Source of the DNA: Bacteroidota bacterium
GTDB lineage: Bacteria > Bacteroidota > Bacteroidia > Bacteroidales > PWNQ01
Direction: 5' to 3'
DNA length: 37,812 nt
Assembly (NCBI GenBank): GCA_051748065.1
Contig: JBNJGZ010000002.1
Location: forward strand, 1-37,812
The translations under genes were made by a program, and so were the position numbers. Below are positions 28,858-37,812 of the stretch, one piece after another; within the stretch, counting starts at the first letter, position 1, and each line of letters begins with the position of its first letter. The notes beneath the pieces are model-generated. The model made no database searches and had not been told where the DNA came from. It saw nothing but the letters and a program-made list of their open reading frames with translations.

Positions 28858-28908
28858 ATTTCTTAAAATATTTCTTATGTTGCTTAACGTTTAACAACCG
28901 AATTTGTT

Positions 28909-28924
28909 ATCAAAAAAGATGCCA
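28909..28924 (-). promoter_or_regulatory. Candidate sigma-54 (-24/-12) promoter upstream of the BI-1/YccA gene
   Basis: TGGCAT-N5-TTGAT on the minus strand. Spacing is correct, but the -12 element is GA instead of GC. Confidence 0.45.
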
Positions 28925-28961
28925 TGTCATGCACCTGCTGTAAAATTAGACAAAAAGACTG

Positions 28962-29624
28962 TTACGATAAATCCGCATCAATAAGGTGAAGGAATTCTTG
29001 TCTTGTTTTATCAATAGTAAAAGCTCCGGTAAAATCAGAAGTTGTCGTTACGCTGTTTTGTTTCTGAATACCGCGCATTGCCATGCAAAGGTGTCGTGCC
29101 TCTATAACCACAGCTACTCCTAAAGGCTTAAGTGTGTTTTGGATTGCTTCTTTGATTTGCATTGTTAATCGTTCCTGTACCTGAAGCCGGCGTGCATAAG
29201 CATCAACAACACGTGGAATTTTACTCAATCCTACGATATATCCATTTGGAATATAGGCTACGTGCGCTTTTCCAATAAAAGGGATCATGTGATGCTCACA
29301 CAACGAATAGATTTCTATATCTTTTACAACAACCATTTGTTTGTATTCCTCCTGAAACATGGCCGATTTTAATATTCTTTCGGGATCAAGATCATAACCA
29401 TGTGTGAGATATTGCATAGCTTTTGCAACTCGTTTTGGTGTATCCAAAAGACCTTCACGTTCCGGATTTTCACCAATAAGCCCTAAAATTTCTTTGTAGT
29501 GGGGCATTAATTTCTCTATGCGTTCCGGGTTATAATGTTCAATGCGTTCATAACCACCGATATTGTTCGAGTCATCGGGATCATAATACGGATGATCGTG
29601 TTTGGGATGTTGATTTTTGTCCAT
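28962..29624 (-). CDS. folE: GTP cyclohydrolase I (type IA)
   Basis: [41 protein letters not shown]. Confidence 0.97.
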   Translation of the reverse strand: MDKNQHPKHDHPYYDPDDSNNIGGYERIEHYNPERIEKLMPHYKEILGLIGENPEREGLLDTPKRVAKAMQYLTHGYDLDPERILKSAMFQEEYKQMVVVKDIEIYSLCEHHMIPFIGKAHVAYIPNGYIVGLSKIPRVVDAYARRLQVQERLTMQIKEAIQNTLKPLGVAVVIEARHLCMAMRGIQKQNSVTTTSDFTGAFTIDKTRQEFLHLIDADLS

Positions 29625-29647
29625 ATATTTTTTGTTATTTGAAGGGT

Positions 29648-29655
29648 CAAAAGTA
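29648..29655 (-). promoter_or_regulatory. Internal -7 promoter element for folE
   Basis: TACTTTTG immediately after the upstream stop codon. Confidence 0.45.
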
Positions 29656-30072
29656 TTATTCTCCGAAATATTCTACAAAATTATTTTCGGTTTCATAAAT
29701 TTTGATGCTGTATAGTTCTGCATCCAACTCTTTAACAGGTTTTTCTAATTCGTTCCAGATAGCAATGGCTATATTTTCCGTTGAGGCTAATTTTCCCTGC
29801 ATAAAATCAACCTCTAAGTTGATGTTTTTATGATCAAGCTTATTAATCACATACTCACGGATAATTTTGCTTAATTGTTTCAGGTTGATCACAAAACCTG
29901 TTTCAGGATTTACTTCACCTGCTACAGTAACATAAAGATCGTAATTATGGCCATGCCAATTGGGATTGCTGCATTTACCAAAAACTTCCAGATTTTTTTC
30001 TTCGGAATAGTCCTCGCGATACAATCTGTGAGCAGCATTAAATCGTTCTTTTCGTGTAATATGCATTTTCAT
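29656..30072 (-). CDS. 6-pyruvoyl-tetrahydropterin / 6-carboxytetrahydropterin synthase (PTPS/QueD family; PTPS-II-type motif)
   Basis: [34 protein letters not shown]. Confidence 0.92.
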   Translation of the reverse strand: MKMHITRKERFNAAHRLYREDYSEEKNLEVFGKCSNPNWHGHNYDLYVTVAGEVNPETGFVINLKQLSKIIREYVINKLDHKNINLEVDFMQGKLASTENIAIAIWNELEKPVKELDAELYSIKIYETENNFVEYFGE

Positions 30073-30183
30073 AGGTAACTAAATAATTATTTTGTTCAAT
30101 TGATTTTGTTTAGTGATGCTTTGTTGGGATTGCAGTATCATGTCATAATATGGTTTGTGCTGATCCGCATTGTTTGATTTTAC

Positions 30184-30191
30184 CAAAATTA
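30184..30191 (-). promoter_or_regulatory. -7 promoter element for PTPS-folE
   Basis: TAATTTTG on the minus strand, implying a leader of about 105 nt. Confidence 0.45.
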
Positions 30192-30219
30192 CTATTTTTA
30201 CATTATATTTCTTCGATAT

Positions 30220-30858
30220 ATGAAAAAAATTATTGTACTTACAGTTTTATGCTTTTTGATGAATATTGATATTGGTCATTCACAGAGTCTTTTAAGACAG
30301 TTTTTTAACGTTTCGCATCAGGAGAGAATCTGGGCTTTGACGCATCCTTTTGTTGCCAAAGAGGCCTTTCATTTAAGTATGCGTGCTCGTGAGGTTTCAG
30401 ATAGTTTGATGCAGCTTTCTTATACCGATTCCATACGCTGCGATGGAATAACAGATGCTATGCGCCATACCTTTTGGATGGCTCTTTTATCGAGCCGGTT
30501 TTCCGGAAAAAAAGCCTGTAAACTTGGCTGTGCTCACGAGATTGCAAACATGAGAGATTTCTCAACAAGCCTGAAAAATTCGGATTGTTTTCATGATTCC
30601 ATAGCCACAATTATGGATATTCACAATAATCATGTAGGCTTAAAGATCGGGACTGCACTGAAGGATACTTCTCAATCTGTACTATTACAAGCCGTAATAG
30701 ATAGTGTGAAAAACGGAAACTGTGTGTTTATCCTCAGAGATGACCAGGGTAATTTTCTTGATAAAAAAGGAGAACCAATTCCACGGTCAAACATACAAGG
30801 AAAGTGGGTTACGCCAAGACAATTACAGCCGACCAATCTTTTGGAAAAATCAAGATAG
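30220..30858 (+). CDS. Secreted DUF6973-like protein
   Basis: Signal peptide; DAMRHTFW...AHE...MDIHNN.VG motif set. Confidence 0.7.
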   Translation: MKKIIVLTVLCFLMNIDIGHSQSLLRQFFNVSHQERIWALTHPFVAKEAFHLSMRAREVSDSLMQLSYTDSIRCDGITDAMRHTFWMALLSSRFSGKKACKLGCAHEIANMRDFSTSLKNSDCFHDSIATIMDIHNNHVGLKIGTALKDTSQSVLLQAVIDSVKNGNCVFILRDDQGNFLDKKGEPIPRSNIQGKWVTPRQLQPTNLLEKSR

Positions 30859-31047
30859 TGGCTTCCTGGATTTTTTAATGCTTCGCTGAAACGACTCTCA
30901 AACTTCTTTATGATGCTGATTGTAAAATGTTTAGTGGAGGTGTTCTAAAAATCCTATGCCCATAAAAAATGTTTAAAAAAACGAACCAAAAGATAAACAA
31001 AACACAATTAAGACTGTTTATAAATTAACAGATAAATAAAACGTAGT

Positions 31048-31548
31048 ATGATCAAAAGAGAAGATATTATAAACAGATATGATGAGCCAATTACCAACTG
31101 GATGGCTCGTTGGAGTATTCCTTTTTTACGAATCAGTTTAGGAATAGTTTTTTTGTGGTTTGGAGTATTGAAATTTTTTCCCGGATTAAGTCCTGCTCAG
31201 GGTTTAGCTATTCGAACGATAGATACTTTAACCCTTGGGTTGTTAAAAGAAGAATTTATAATTTATACGTTAGCAATATGGGAATCCCTGATAGGTATAG
31301 GTTTGATTTTTAAGATTTATCTTCGGGAAACCCTGGCTTTATTGTTTTTGCAAATGGCCGGAACCATTACTCCTGTATTCATTTTCCCGGGAGAAGTTTT
31401 CACCCAAATCCCTTATGGTCTGACCCTGGAAGGGCAGTACATTGTAAAGAATATTGTCGTAATTAGTGCAGCCTTAACAATAGGAGCAACTGTTCGTGGT
31501 GGTCGCCTCGTTGCAAGTTCAGATGAGAATAAACAAGCGCCTACTTGA
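31048..31548 (+). CDS. DoxX-family membrane protein
   Basis: LRISLGIVFLWFGVLKF, E..IG, EGQYIVKN; about 4 TM helices. Confidence 0.82.
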   Translation: MIKREDIINRYDEPITNWMARWSIPFLRISLGIVFLWFGVLKFFPGLSPAQGLAIRTIDTLTLGLLKEEFIIYTLAIWESLIGIGLIFKIYLRETLALLFLQMAGTITPVFIFPGEVFTQIPYGLTLEGQYIVKNIVVISAALTIGATVRGGRLVASSDENKQAPT

Positions 31549-31632
31549 GAATAAATATTTTCCGGCCTATATGGAAATCAGTAATTGATTGTTTTCCGGT
31601 AAAAATTCTTCCTGTTAATAGTGAATATTCCT

Positions 31633-31640
31633 TACCTTTG
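31633..31640 (+). promoter_or_regulatory. -7 promoter element for ychF
   Basis: TACCTTTG(C), 22 nt upstream of the ATG. Confidence 0.6.
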
Positions 31641-31662
31641 CATCCTTCAAAAATAAAGGTTT

Positions 31663-32748
31663 ATGTCACTAAGATGCGGTATTGTCGGGCTTTCTGATGT
31701 AGGAAAGACTACATTGTTTAATTGTTTATCGTCAAAACGAGCGGAAGCCGGAGTAGGAACAAAAGCCCAAAAGGCAAATATTGGAATGTTTAATGTTCCG
31801 GACCCCAGACTTTATGAGTTGGAAAAATATCAACCTACTGAGAAAGTTATTCCGGTCACGGTTGATATTGTTGATATTCCGGGTATCAAGAAAGGGGGAG
31901 GCAAAGAAGGAAATAAATTTGTCTCGGATATCCGGCGGACGGATGCAATAATCCATGTTTTGCGATGTTTTGATGATGAGAGCATCCCCCATGTGGATGA
32001 AACAATCGATCCGGTTAGGGATAAAGAAAGCATTGATATTGAGCTTCAGGCGCAAGATCTTTATATGGTGGAAAATAAAATCGCCCGCATGGAAAAAAAA
32101 GCCAAAAGCGGGGAGAAGGAAGCTAAAGAAGCCTTAGAGGTTTTGAAGAAATATAAAGACCATTTTGAAAACTTGCAGCCTGCAAGAACTTTAGATATTA
32201 AGGAAGAGGACAAAAAACATGTTAAAGAACTGGATCTTGTTACCGAAAAACCGGTTCTGTACGTCTGTAATGTAGATGAAGACTCGGCTGTCTCAGGGAA
32301 CAAATATGTGGAACAGGTGCAGGAAGCGATTAAAGATGAAGATGCTGAGATGATGATAATCGCTGCTGCTTTGGAGTCTGATATTGCCGAGCTCGACAAT
32401 CAGGATGACAGGAATGCTTTTTTAGAAGATTCCGGACTTACAGAACCCGGAATAAATCGGCTTATTCGCTCTGCATATAAATTGCTCGACCTGAAAACTT
32501 TCTTTACGATCGGACCGGATGAAATCCGGGCATGGACTATCAAAAACGGAATGACAGCTCCGGAAGCTGCAGGCGTTATTCATAGCGATCTGCAACGGGG
32601 ATTTATCCGGGCAGAGGTTATCAAATATGAAGACTTTGTTACGCTAAAGTCTGAACAAGCTTGTCGCGATAAAGGAAAAGCTCATATAGAAGGAAAGAAA
32701 TATGTGGTTAAAGATGGCGATATATTGCATATTCGCTTTAATGTTTAG
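31663..32748 (+). CDS. ychF: YchF/Ola1-family Obg-like ATPase (divergent G-domain)
   Basis: CGIVG..VGKT, VPDPRL, HVLRCF, NVDE, and C-terminal FFT.G..E.RAWT...AAGVIHSD...GFIRAEV...EGK.Y.V.DGD....RFNV. Confidence 0.92.
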   Translation: MSLRCGIVGLSDVGKTTLFNCLSSKRAEAGVGTKAQKANIGMFNVPDPRLYELEKYQPTEKVIPVTVDIVDIPGIKKGGGKEGNKFVSDIRRTDAIIHVLRCFDDESIPHVDETIDPVRDKESIDIELQAQDLYMVENKIARMEKKAKSGEKEAKEALEVLKKYKDHFENLQPARTLDIKEEDKKHVKELDLVTEKPVLYVCNVDEDSAVSGNKYVEQVQEAIKDEDAEMMIIAAALESDIAELDNQDDRNAFLEDSGLTEPGINRLIRSAYKLLDLKTFFTIGPDEIRAWTIKNGMTAPEAAGVIHSDLQRGFIRAEVIKYEDFVTLKSEQACRDKGKAHIEGKKYVVKDGDILHIRFNV

Positions 32749-33176
32749 CGTACCATATCCATTTCAAAACCAGAACAACTTTTAATTTTATTGATGAGGT
32801 TTTTCTGCCCGTGCTTATGAGCTTTTAACCAGTAAGGACAAGCCGTATCCTTATTTCCTGTTTTGTAAAATATGGCATTTCCCTTATTTAGCCAGGCATC
32901 TGCATAGGTGGAGTCAATTTTGATAGCCTGCTCATATTCCTGAATCGCTTTTGGGTAGTTTTTCTTATTCAGGTAAATATTGCCGCGGTAAAAGAAAAAC
33001 CGCGGATCATCATCTTTATATTCAATAGCTTCATTAATTTTGGATAATGCAGCATCGTATTGATTATTTTCAAGGTGTTTGAGCCCCTGACGAAAACTTT
33101 CTTTGGCTTTTTCTTCCTGATTTGTGCAGGATGCAAGTGCAAATATCGCAATGGAGACTATGATTATTTTCTTCAT
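32745..33176 (-). CDS. Tetratricopeptide-repeat lipoprotein
   Basis: Lipobox LASC and three TPR-like repeats (FFYRGNIY, AWLNKGNA). Confidence 0.85.
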   Translation of the reverse strand: MKKIIIVSIAIFALASCTNQEEKAKESFRQGLKHLENNQYDAALSKINEAIEYKDDDPRFFFYRGNIYLNKKNYPKAIQEYEQAIKIDSTYADAWLNKGNAIFYKTGNKDTACPYWLKAHKHGQKNLINKIKSCSGFEMDMVR

Positions 33177-33182
33177 ATTTTT

Positions 33183-34136
33183 TTATTTTTTTTGAATCCC
33201 AATTCCCGGTATCTTCCATGTAAATCCTAAACCTGTTGAATGGTACGGGTAATCATTGATGCCGTATTGATAACGGAGAAACCAGTCAAAATGTTGTTGT
33301 TTTAGTTTAATCTTAAAACGATACACCATGGGGTGATCTCCAATGTCTAAATAGCCATAATATCCTCCTAACTGGTTTGTGATGGAAAATCTCTCAAAGT
33401 GCAAATTGGCGCCTAATCCGTATAAAACAGCATCGTTTTGATTGTGGGTCAGATCATAGGTTTGGTATACATAAAAACCACTCATGCCATACAAGCGTAT
33501 TTTCTTAAGAGTTTTATGATCCAACTGAAATGTATGTCCTACGGAAAGATCAAAATAATATCCCGGCATATCCGTATATCTTGCCATGGAAAGCTTTGAT
33601 CCTGATGCTGTCCGGAAAACAAACCCTAACACAATATCCGGCCATTTGGAATTATCTGTGATCTTTACATGTGTTCCCATGTATAGGTCGCCGGATGCTG
33701 TTCCTTCCGGGTTTTTGTAACGAATAGCTCGTTTATCGCGGATTAATGTATCTGTTATATGAAAATACTCCAGTGGTACAATCCACGCTGATAATTGAAC
33801 ACGCTCAAAAGGATAAATAAATTTAATATTGGCATCTACCGTGTGATCCCCTTTTTGAAAAAAATAATTATTGGAATAGTTAAATTCGGGCACTTTTGCT
33901 AATGATGCGTCCTGGATTTCGGGAACGGGTAATGCATTGGGTCCCATATAAGCAGTTGACAATCCGATATAATGATGCCAGGGTGTTACCCCATCCCAAT
34001 TATGTTTGTTATTCCACCACTCAAATTTTTCATTCCAGTCCTGGGGAAACAGCATGCACGGGCTTATTAAAAGGAAACCGATAATCCACATGCTCCTTTT
34101 TAGCAAAAATGAAATTTGTTTTGTCTTTTTATTCAT
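33183..34136 (-). CDS. Hypothetical exported protein, probable outer-membrane beta-barrel
   Basis: Signal-like N-terminus, Trp-rich segment, MGPNALPVP, aromatic/Gly beta-strands. Confidence 0.65.
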   Translation of the reverse strand: MNKKTKQISFLLKRSMWIIGFLLISPCMLFPQDWNEKFEWWNNKHNWDGVTPWHHYIGLSTAYMGPNALPVPEIQDASLAKVPEFNYSNNYFFQKGDHTVDANIKFIYPFERVQLSAWIVPLEYFHITDTLIRDKRAIRYKNPEGTASGDLYMGTHVKITDNSKWPDIVLGFVFRTASGSKLSMARYTDMPGYYFDLSVGHTFQLDHKTLKKIRLYGMSGFYVYQTYDLTHNQNDAVLYGLGANLHFERFSITNQLGGYYGYLDIGDHPMVYRFKIKLKQQHFDWFLRYQYGINDYPYHSTGLGFTWKIPGIGIQKK

Positions 34137-34220
34137 ATCAGGGAACTATATAATAGCTTAATGCAAGTTTTGCGCTGTAATCTTTATCCCGGTGGCCATA
34201 TTTTTCAACAGGCTTTAAGG

Positions 34221-35576
34221 TTATTGGGATGTTTCTTTATCTTTGATTTGATTGATAATGCTTTGTGTTTTATTGATAACCTGTTTAAGTTTTTCCTTAG
34301 AGTCTGCTTCTGCAATAAACCGAAGGTAAGGTTCTGTATTTGATGGCCTGACGTTGAACCACCAATTTTTAAACTCCAGACGGTAGCCATCAAAATCATA
34401 GAGCGCTTCTAATTCTTCCTGGCTGGAAAAATAATTCTTCAAGGCCTCCATGGCTTCCTTTTTCTGGTTGATCTTAAAATTAATTTCACCGGAATTGCTG
34501 AGGTAATTAATTTTAGAGAAGTATTCGGAAATAGTAATGCCTTTTTGTTTTAATTCCAGCATAACATTAAGAACAATCATAGCGGAAAGCATGCCTGAGT
34601 CCGAATAAAAGAAATCGCGGAAATAATAATGTCCGGCTAATTCTCCGCCAAACAGTCCATTGATATCTTTAAGTTTCCGCGCTGCATATGCCCGTCCTAC
34701 GCGCCACATATAGGTTTCTGCACCTAATTTTTCCAGATGCTCTTTTACGACTCGTGAACTTCGAATGTCGAAAAGCACTTTTTCATTTGCTTTGTCTTTA
34801 AGAAAATAGTCGCCCATTAAAGCAATTATTAAATCCGGACGGATAAATTGGCCCTTTTCATCTACGAACATTACACGGTCAGCATCACCGTCAAAAATAA
34901 CTCCCAAATCCAGATCGTTTTCCCTGACTACTTGCTTTAAGGACTCTACATTTCTTTCCACTAAAGGGTTAGGTGAATGTCCGGGAAAGTCACCATTCAT
35001 TTCAAGGTTTAAATAATGAATATCTTTTCCGAAAATATATTCTGCTAAAAGTCCTGCTACTCCGTTTGAGCAATCAACAGCGAGATTTAAACCTGAATAA
35101 TCTTTTTTGTATTGATTTAAAAATTGCTTGTATATGTCTTTGCGGTTATGGTCTATTATTTTTCCACGGGTTTTAGTTATTTGTGGCGTTTTGGCGGTCA
35201 TTTGCTCGAGTTCAGCCAGCCCGCTATCGTAGCCGATTGGCGTTGCTTTGGAACCGCTAATTTTAAGGCCGTTATATTCCTTGTCGTTATGGGAGGCCGT
35301 GATCATAACAGATGCATCAAAGTCATCATTGGCTGTTAGATAATAGACCATGGGCGTGGTTGTTATTCCGGCATCATATACATCACAACCCTGGTCTATT
35401 ATTCCGCTGGTCAGAGCCTGGAATATTTCCGGGGATGAATGTCTTATATCTCTGCCGACAAGAATTTTATCTGCTTGCATTAATGCAGGCAAATAAAAAC
35501 CTATACGGTAAACATCTTCTTTATTGAAATCTACATTATAGACACCGCGTATGTCGTAGGCTTTAAATGCATTCAT
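34221..35576 (-). CDS. Phosphomannomutase/phosphoglucomutase
   Basis: FKAYDIRG, TASHN, FDGDADR, GELAGH, RPSNTEP. The ATG at 35576 is preferred to the TTG at 35582. Confidence 0.95.
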   Translation of the reverse strand: MNAFKAYDIRGVYNVDFNKEDVYRIGFYLPALMQADKILVGRDIRHSSPEIFQALTSGIIDQGCDVYDAGITTTPMVYYLTANDDFDASVMITASHNDKEYNGLKISGSKATPIGYDSGLAELEQMTAKTPQITKTRGKIIDHNRKDIYKQFLNQYKKDYSGLNLAVDCSNGVAGLLAEYIFGKDIHYLNLEMNGDFPGHSPNPLVERNVESLKQVVRENDLDLGVIFDGDADRVMFVDEKGQFIRPDLIIALMGDYFLKDKANEKVLFDIRSSRVVKEHLEKLGAETYMWRVGRAYAARKLKDINGLFGGELAGHYYFRDFFYSDSGMLSAMIVLNVMLELKQKGITISEYFSKINYLSNSGEINFKINQKKEAMEALKNYFSSQEELEALYDFDGYRLEFKNWWFNVRPSNTEPYLRFIAEADSKEKLKQVINKTQSIINQIKDKETSQ

Positions 35577-35587
35577 AATCAATTATT

Positions 35588-36502
35588 TTAGTAATATAAT
35601 CCATGAGCTTTAATTCCTTTTTCAGAAAGTTCAATTGCGGGAAAAGGAACTTTTATAAAGCTCAATGTTTTGAAGACAAATTTAAGCGTTTTTGAATTAG
35701 TTGGGATTTTTCTCCAATTAATATCCAACGAAATCAGATATTGGCGGTATCTATCTGTATTCTGCCAGGGGGCTTTGTTTTCAGTTGCATTCAGCATGCC
35801 GTTAGCGCTATAGCCTGCTGCAATATTAAGCCAGTGGGGAATGATAGAGTTTTCTTTGTTAAGCATCGGATGGAATGACAGCCAGGTCGTTTGACCGTTA
35901 TAGTCTTTGAGCATTTTTGTGGGAAGAGAATTTCCCAATAGCGAAGGGTTTTTATTTGCATATTGGGTCGTATGAAAAGACCATTTCATTTGGATTTTTT
36001 GTTCTTGCCAGGCCAGCTCCTGGGCTAAAAAGAGGCCGCTTCCGGCCAGGTTGGCAGCCAGATCACCGGGGGAAGCTCCCCAATTGGTGCTAAATCCATC
36101 TAAAATTTCAATAACTGTGAGATAACTAAAACCTGCCAGGCTCCCCATAATAGTAGCTTTTTTATGGTTCATGCCACTCCATAAATAAGTGTCTTTTGAG
36201 AGCTGACTTAGCGTATAACCTGTAATGGCATGTCCGGCCTTGTCAACCTGAAGCCATTCCTGATTGTCATTGAAAAAATGAAAAGATGAGCGCGAATAAT
36301 TACTGTACCATAATGCTTCAAGTCCAACGAGAGAGCCACCATACATTGCACCTTGTGCTATTAATACCTTTGTTAAACGTTTTTTATTTAAGCTGTCAGG
36401 CGAAAAAGTTTTGCCAAAAACCGGGTAAGTGGTGAGTATTAACAGAAAAATACATAAAACTATTTTTCCGGGAGTTTTATATTTAATGGAATAATTTGAC
36501 AA
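35588..36502 (-). CDS. DUF2279/YfiM-family protein
   Basis: FHFFND..EW.Q.DK.GH, EILDGFS..WGAS.GD..AN, KDYNGQT.W. The start codon is uncertain. Confidence 0.85.
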   Translation of the reverse strand: MSNYSIKYKTPGKIVLCIFLLILTTYPVFGKTFSPDSLNKKRLTKVLIAQGAMYGGSLVGLEALWYSNYSRSSFHFFNDNQEWLQVDKAGHAITGYTLSQLSKDTYLWSGMNHKKATIMGSLAGFSYLTVIEILDGFSTNWGASPGDLAANLAGSGLFLAQELAWQEQKIQMKWSFHTTQYANKNPSLLGNSLPTKMLKDYNGQTTWLSFHPMLNKENSIIPHWLNIAAGYSANGMLNATENKAPWQNTDRYRQYLISLDINWRKIPTNSKTLKFVFKTLSFIKVPFPAIELSEKGIKAHGLYY

Positions 36503-36564
36503 GATAACAATATTTAGCTTTTCAATTGGGTCATTTTAAATATGATAAAAAAATCAAACCGGTA

Positions 36565-37608
36565 TTATTGGTATATTCTGTTTTGATTTAGATACCTTCT
36601 GTATTTATTGGCTTTTTTGTTGTGTTCCCGTAGTGTTTCTGAAAAACTGTGAAATCCAGGTATATCTGGGCTGGCAACAAAATAGAGGTAATCATGGTCT
36701 TGATAATTTAAAACCTGATCTATAGTAGTTGATTCGGGCATGCAAATCGGGCCTGGAGGTAAACCTTTGTATTTGTAGGTGTTGTATGGGGATTCTATAG
36801 TTTTGTGTTTATTCAAAACCCGCCGGATACTCCAATCCCCTAGTGCATATTTTAATGTGGGGTCTGCTTGCAGAAGCATTCCACGATTTAGGCGGTTGAT
36901 ATATACTCCGGCAATTTTGTCCATCTCTGAAGTTAGGTTGGTCTCTTCCTGAACAATCGAAGCAAGTGTAGCTACTTCATGAGGCGTAAGACCTATGGCC
37001 TGAGCCTGAGCTTTTCGTTTGGAATTCCAGAAACGTTCATGCTCCTTTTTCATACGCTTGAAAAAAGGTTTTGCTGATACATTCCAATAAAACTCATAAG
37101 TGTTTGGAATAAAATAGCCGAGCAGTTTTCTTTCCTGGGTATTAAGCAGGTTAAGTATTTCTTTGCTGTGTAGAAGGTGCATTATTCTGGCCGAGTCAAT
37201 TTCAAGTTGTTTCCCTACACTACCTGCAAACTCCTTTATGTTCCGTATGTTGTTGAAAGTCACATGTACGGGAGTCTGCAGTCCACCGGAAAATTTGTTT
37301 ATAAGTTGGTTTATTGTGATATCCGGAGCAATCTGATAATGTCCGCCGTGAACATTTTTGGGGAGCTCTTTGTACCTGGCTACTTTTTGGAAAAGTATAC
37401 TATCCGCTACAAGCTGGTGTTTAAAAATGCTGTCCGTTAACGTCTCATAATTGGCATCGGAAGGGATAAATACAGATACTGTCTGCGTACGTTCAGGGGC
37501 GGCAGGTTTTGTAAATACGGACTTGTATTTTGCATAGATAAAAATACCTATGGCAATTATGATGAGCAAAAGGAGAATGAATATGTACCGGTTTTTCTTT
37601 TTAGCCAT
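36565..37608 (-). CDS. mltG: Endolytic peptidoglycan transglycosylase
   Basis: N-terminal TM helix, PNTY, LASIVQEET (catalytic Glu), NRL..GM.LQADPT, SPYNTY..GLPPGPI, YLYFVA. Confidence 0.96.
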   Translation of the reverse strand: MAKKKNRYIFILLLLIIIAIGIFIYAKYKSVFTKPAAPERTQTVSVFIPSDANYETLTDSIFKHQLVADSILFQKVARYKELPKNVHGGHYQIAPDITINQLINKFSGGLQTPVHVTFNNIRNIKEFAGSVGKQLEIDSARIMHLLHSKEILNLLNTQERKLLGYFIPNTYEFYWNVSAKPFFKRMKKEHERFWNSKRKAQAQAIGLTPHEVATLASIVQEETNLTSEMDKIAGVYINRLNRGMLLQADPTLKYALGDWSIRRVLNKHKTIESPYNTYKYKGLPPGPICMPESTTIDQVLNYQDHDYLYFVASPDIPGFHSFSETLREHNKKANKYRRYLNQNRIYQ

Positions 37609-37812
37609 GATATTCAGGGTTTAATTTTTGCATAAAAAATTCATCCAAAAAATTCTTTGGTGTTTTTATCCACGCTTTCTTAATTCCGTTATGCTTAAAT
37701 CCTGCTTTTTTAAACAGCTCTATGCTAATTGAGTTGTCTGCCTGAATATTTGCATAAATCTGTTGAAGCCATAACGAGTGAAATGCATATTGTTCAATTA
37801 GTTGAAGGGCTT
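37601..37812 (-). CDS. 3' end of a RimJ/RimL-type GNAT N-acetyltransferase (truncated by window)
   Basis: Manual translation: ...ALQLIEQYAFHSLWLQQIYANIQADNSISIELFKKAGFKHNGIKKAWIKTPKNFLDEFFMQKLNPEYHG*. It has the N..S..LF.K.GF motif, overlaps the mltG start by 8 nt, and is absent from the ORF track. Confidence 0.85.
   Translation of the reverse strand, partial: ALQLIEQYAFHSLWLQQIYANIQADNSISIELFKKAGFKHNGIKKAWIKTPKNFLDEFFMQKLNPEYHG

Noticed and set aside
30073-30183. preQ1 or THF riboswitch upstream of PTPS-folE
   Set aside because: No recognisable preQ1 stem with GTTC loop and A-rich tail, and no other riboswitch consensus seen.
985-37440. The many 60-150 aa ORFs in the track that overlap longer genes
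   Set aside because: They are antisense or off-frame shadows of well-supported CDSs, with no recognisable motifs.
1-37812. CRISPR arrays, IS elements, prophage, tRNA/rRNA
   Set aside because: No regularly spaced repeats, transposase/integrase/phage motifs or structural RNA signatures were seen, and all intergenic gaps are short (about 320 nt or less).

Overview
This is an AT-rich, gene-dense core-genome window from a Bacteroidota bacterium, probably Bacteroidales-like. The assignment rests on the fused lpxC-fabZ, porX, a T9SS type-B C-terminal domain, TAnnTTTG promoters and A-rich translation starts. It holds 37 complete CDSs plus two truncated at the edges. Envelope genes: lpxD, lpxC/fabZ, lpxA, waaA, galE, rfbB, a CpsB-type phosphatase, a phosphomannomutase, mltG and fabD. 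Other genes: porX, an HD-domain hydrolase, holA, AMP nucleosidase, a vitamin-salvage trio (YkoF-like, PnuC, NadR-type kinase), a split transketolase, folE with a PTPS-family gene, and an unusual ychF. I saw no rRNA, tRNA, CRISPR array or mobile element. The best candidate for an undescribed system is an ECF sigma factor (SigP-like) followed by a membrane-anchored anti-sigma-like protein. That protein has a long disordered linker ending in a T9SS type-B secretion signal, so it may sense T9SS activity. Other oddities: YchF has lost its switch-I motif, a TlpA-fold lipoprotein has no CxxC, a secreted VWA gene sits between the transketolase halves, and the PTPS gene has the mammalian-type motif. 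All assignments come from reading motifs by eye; no searches were run.
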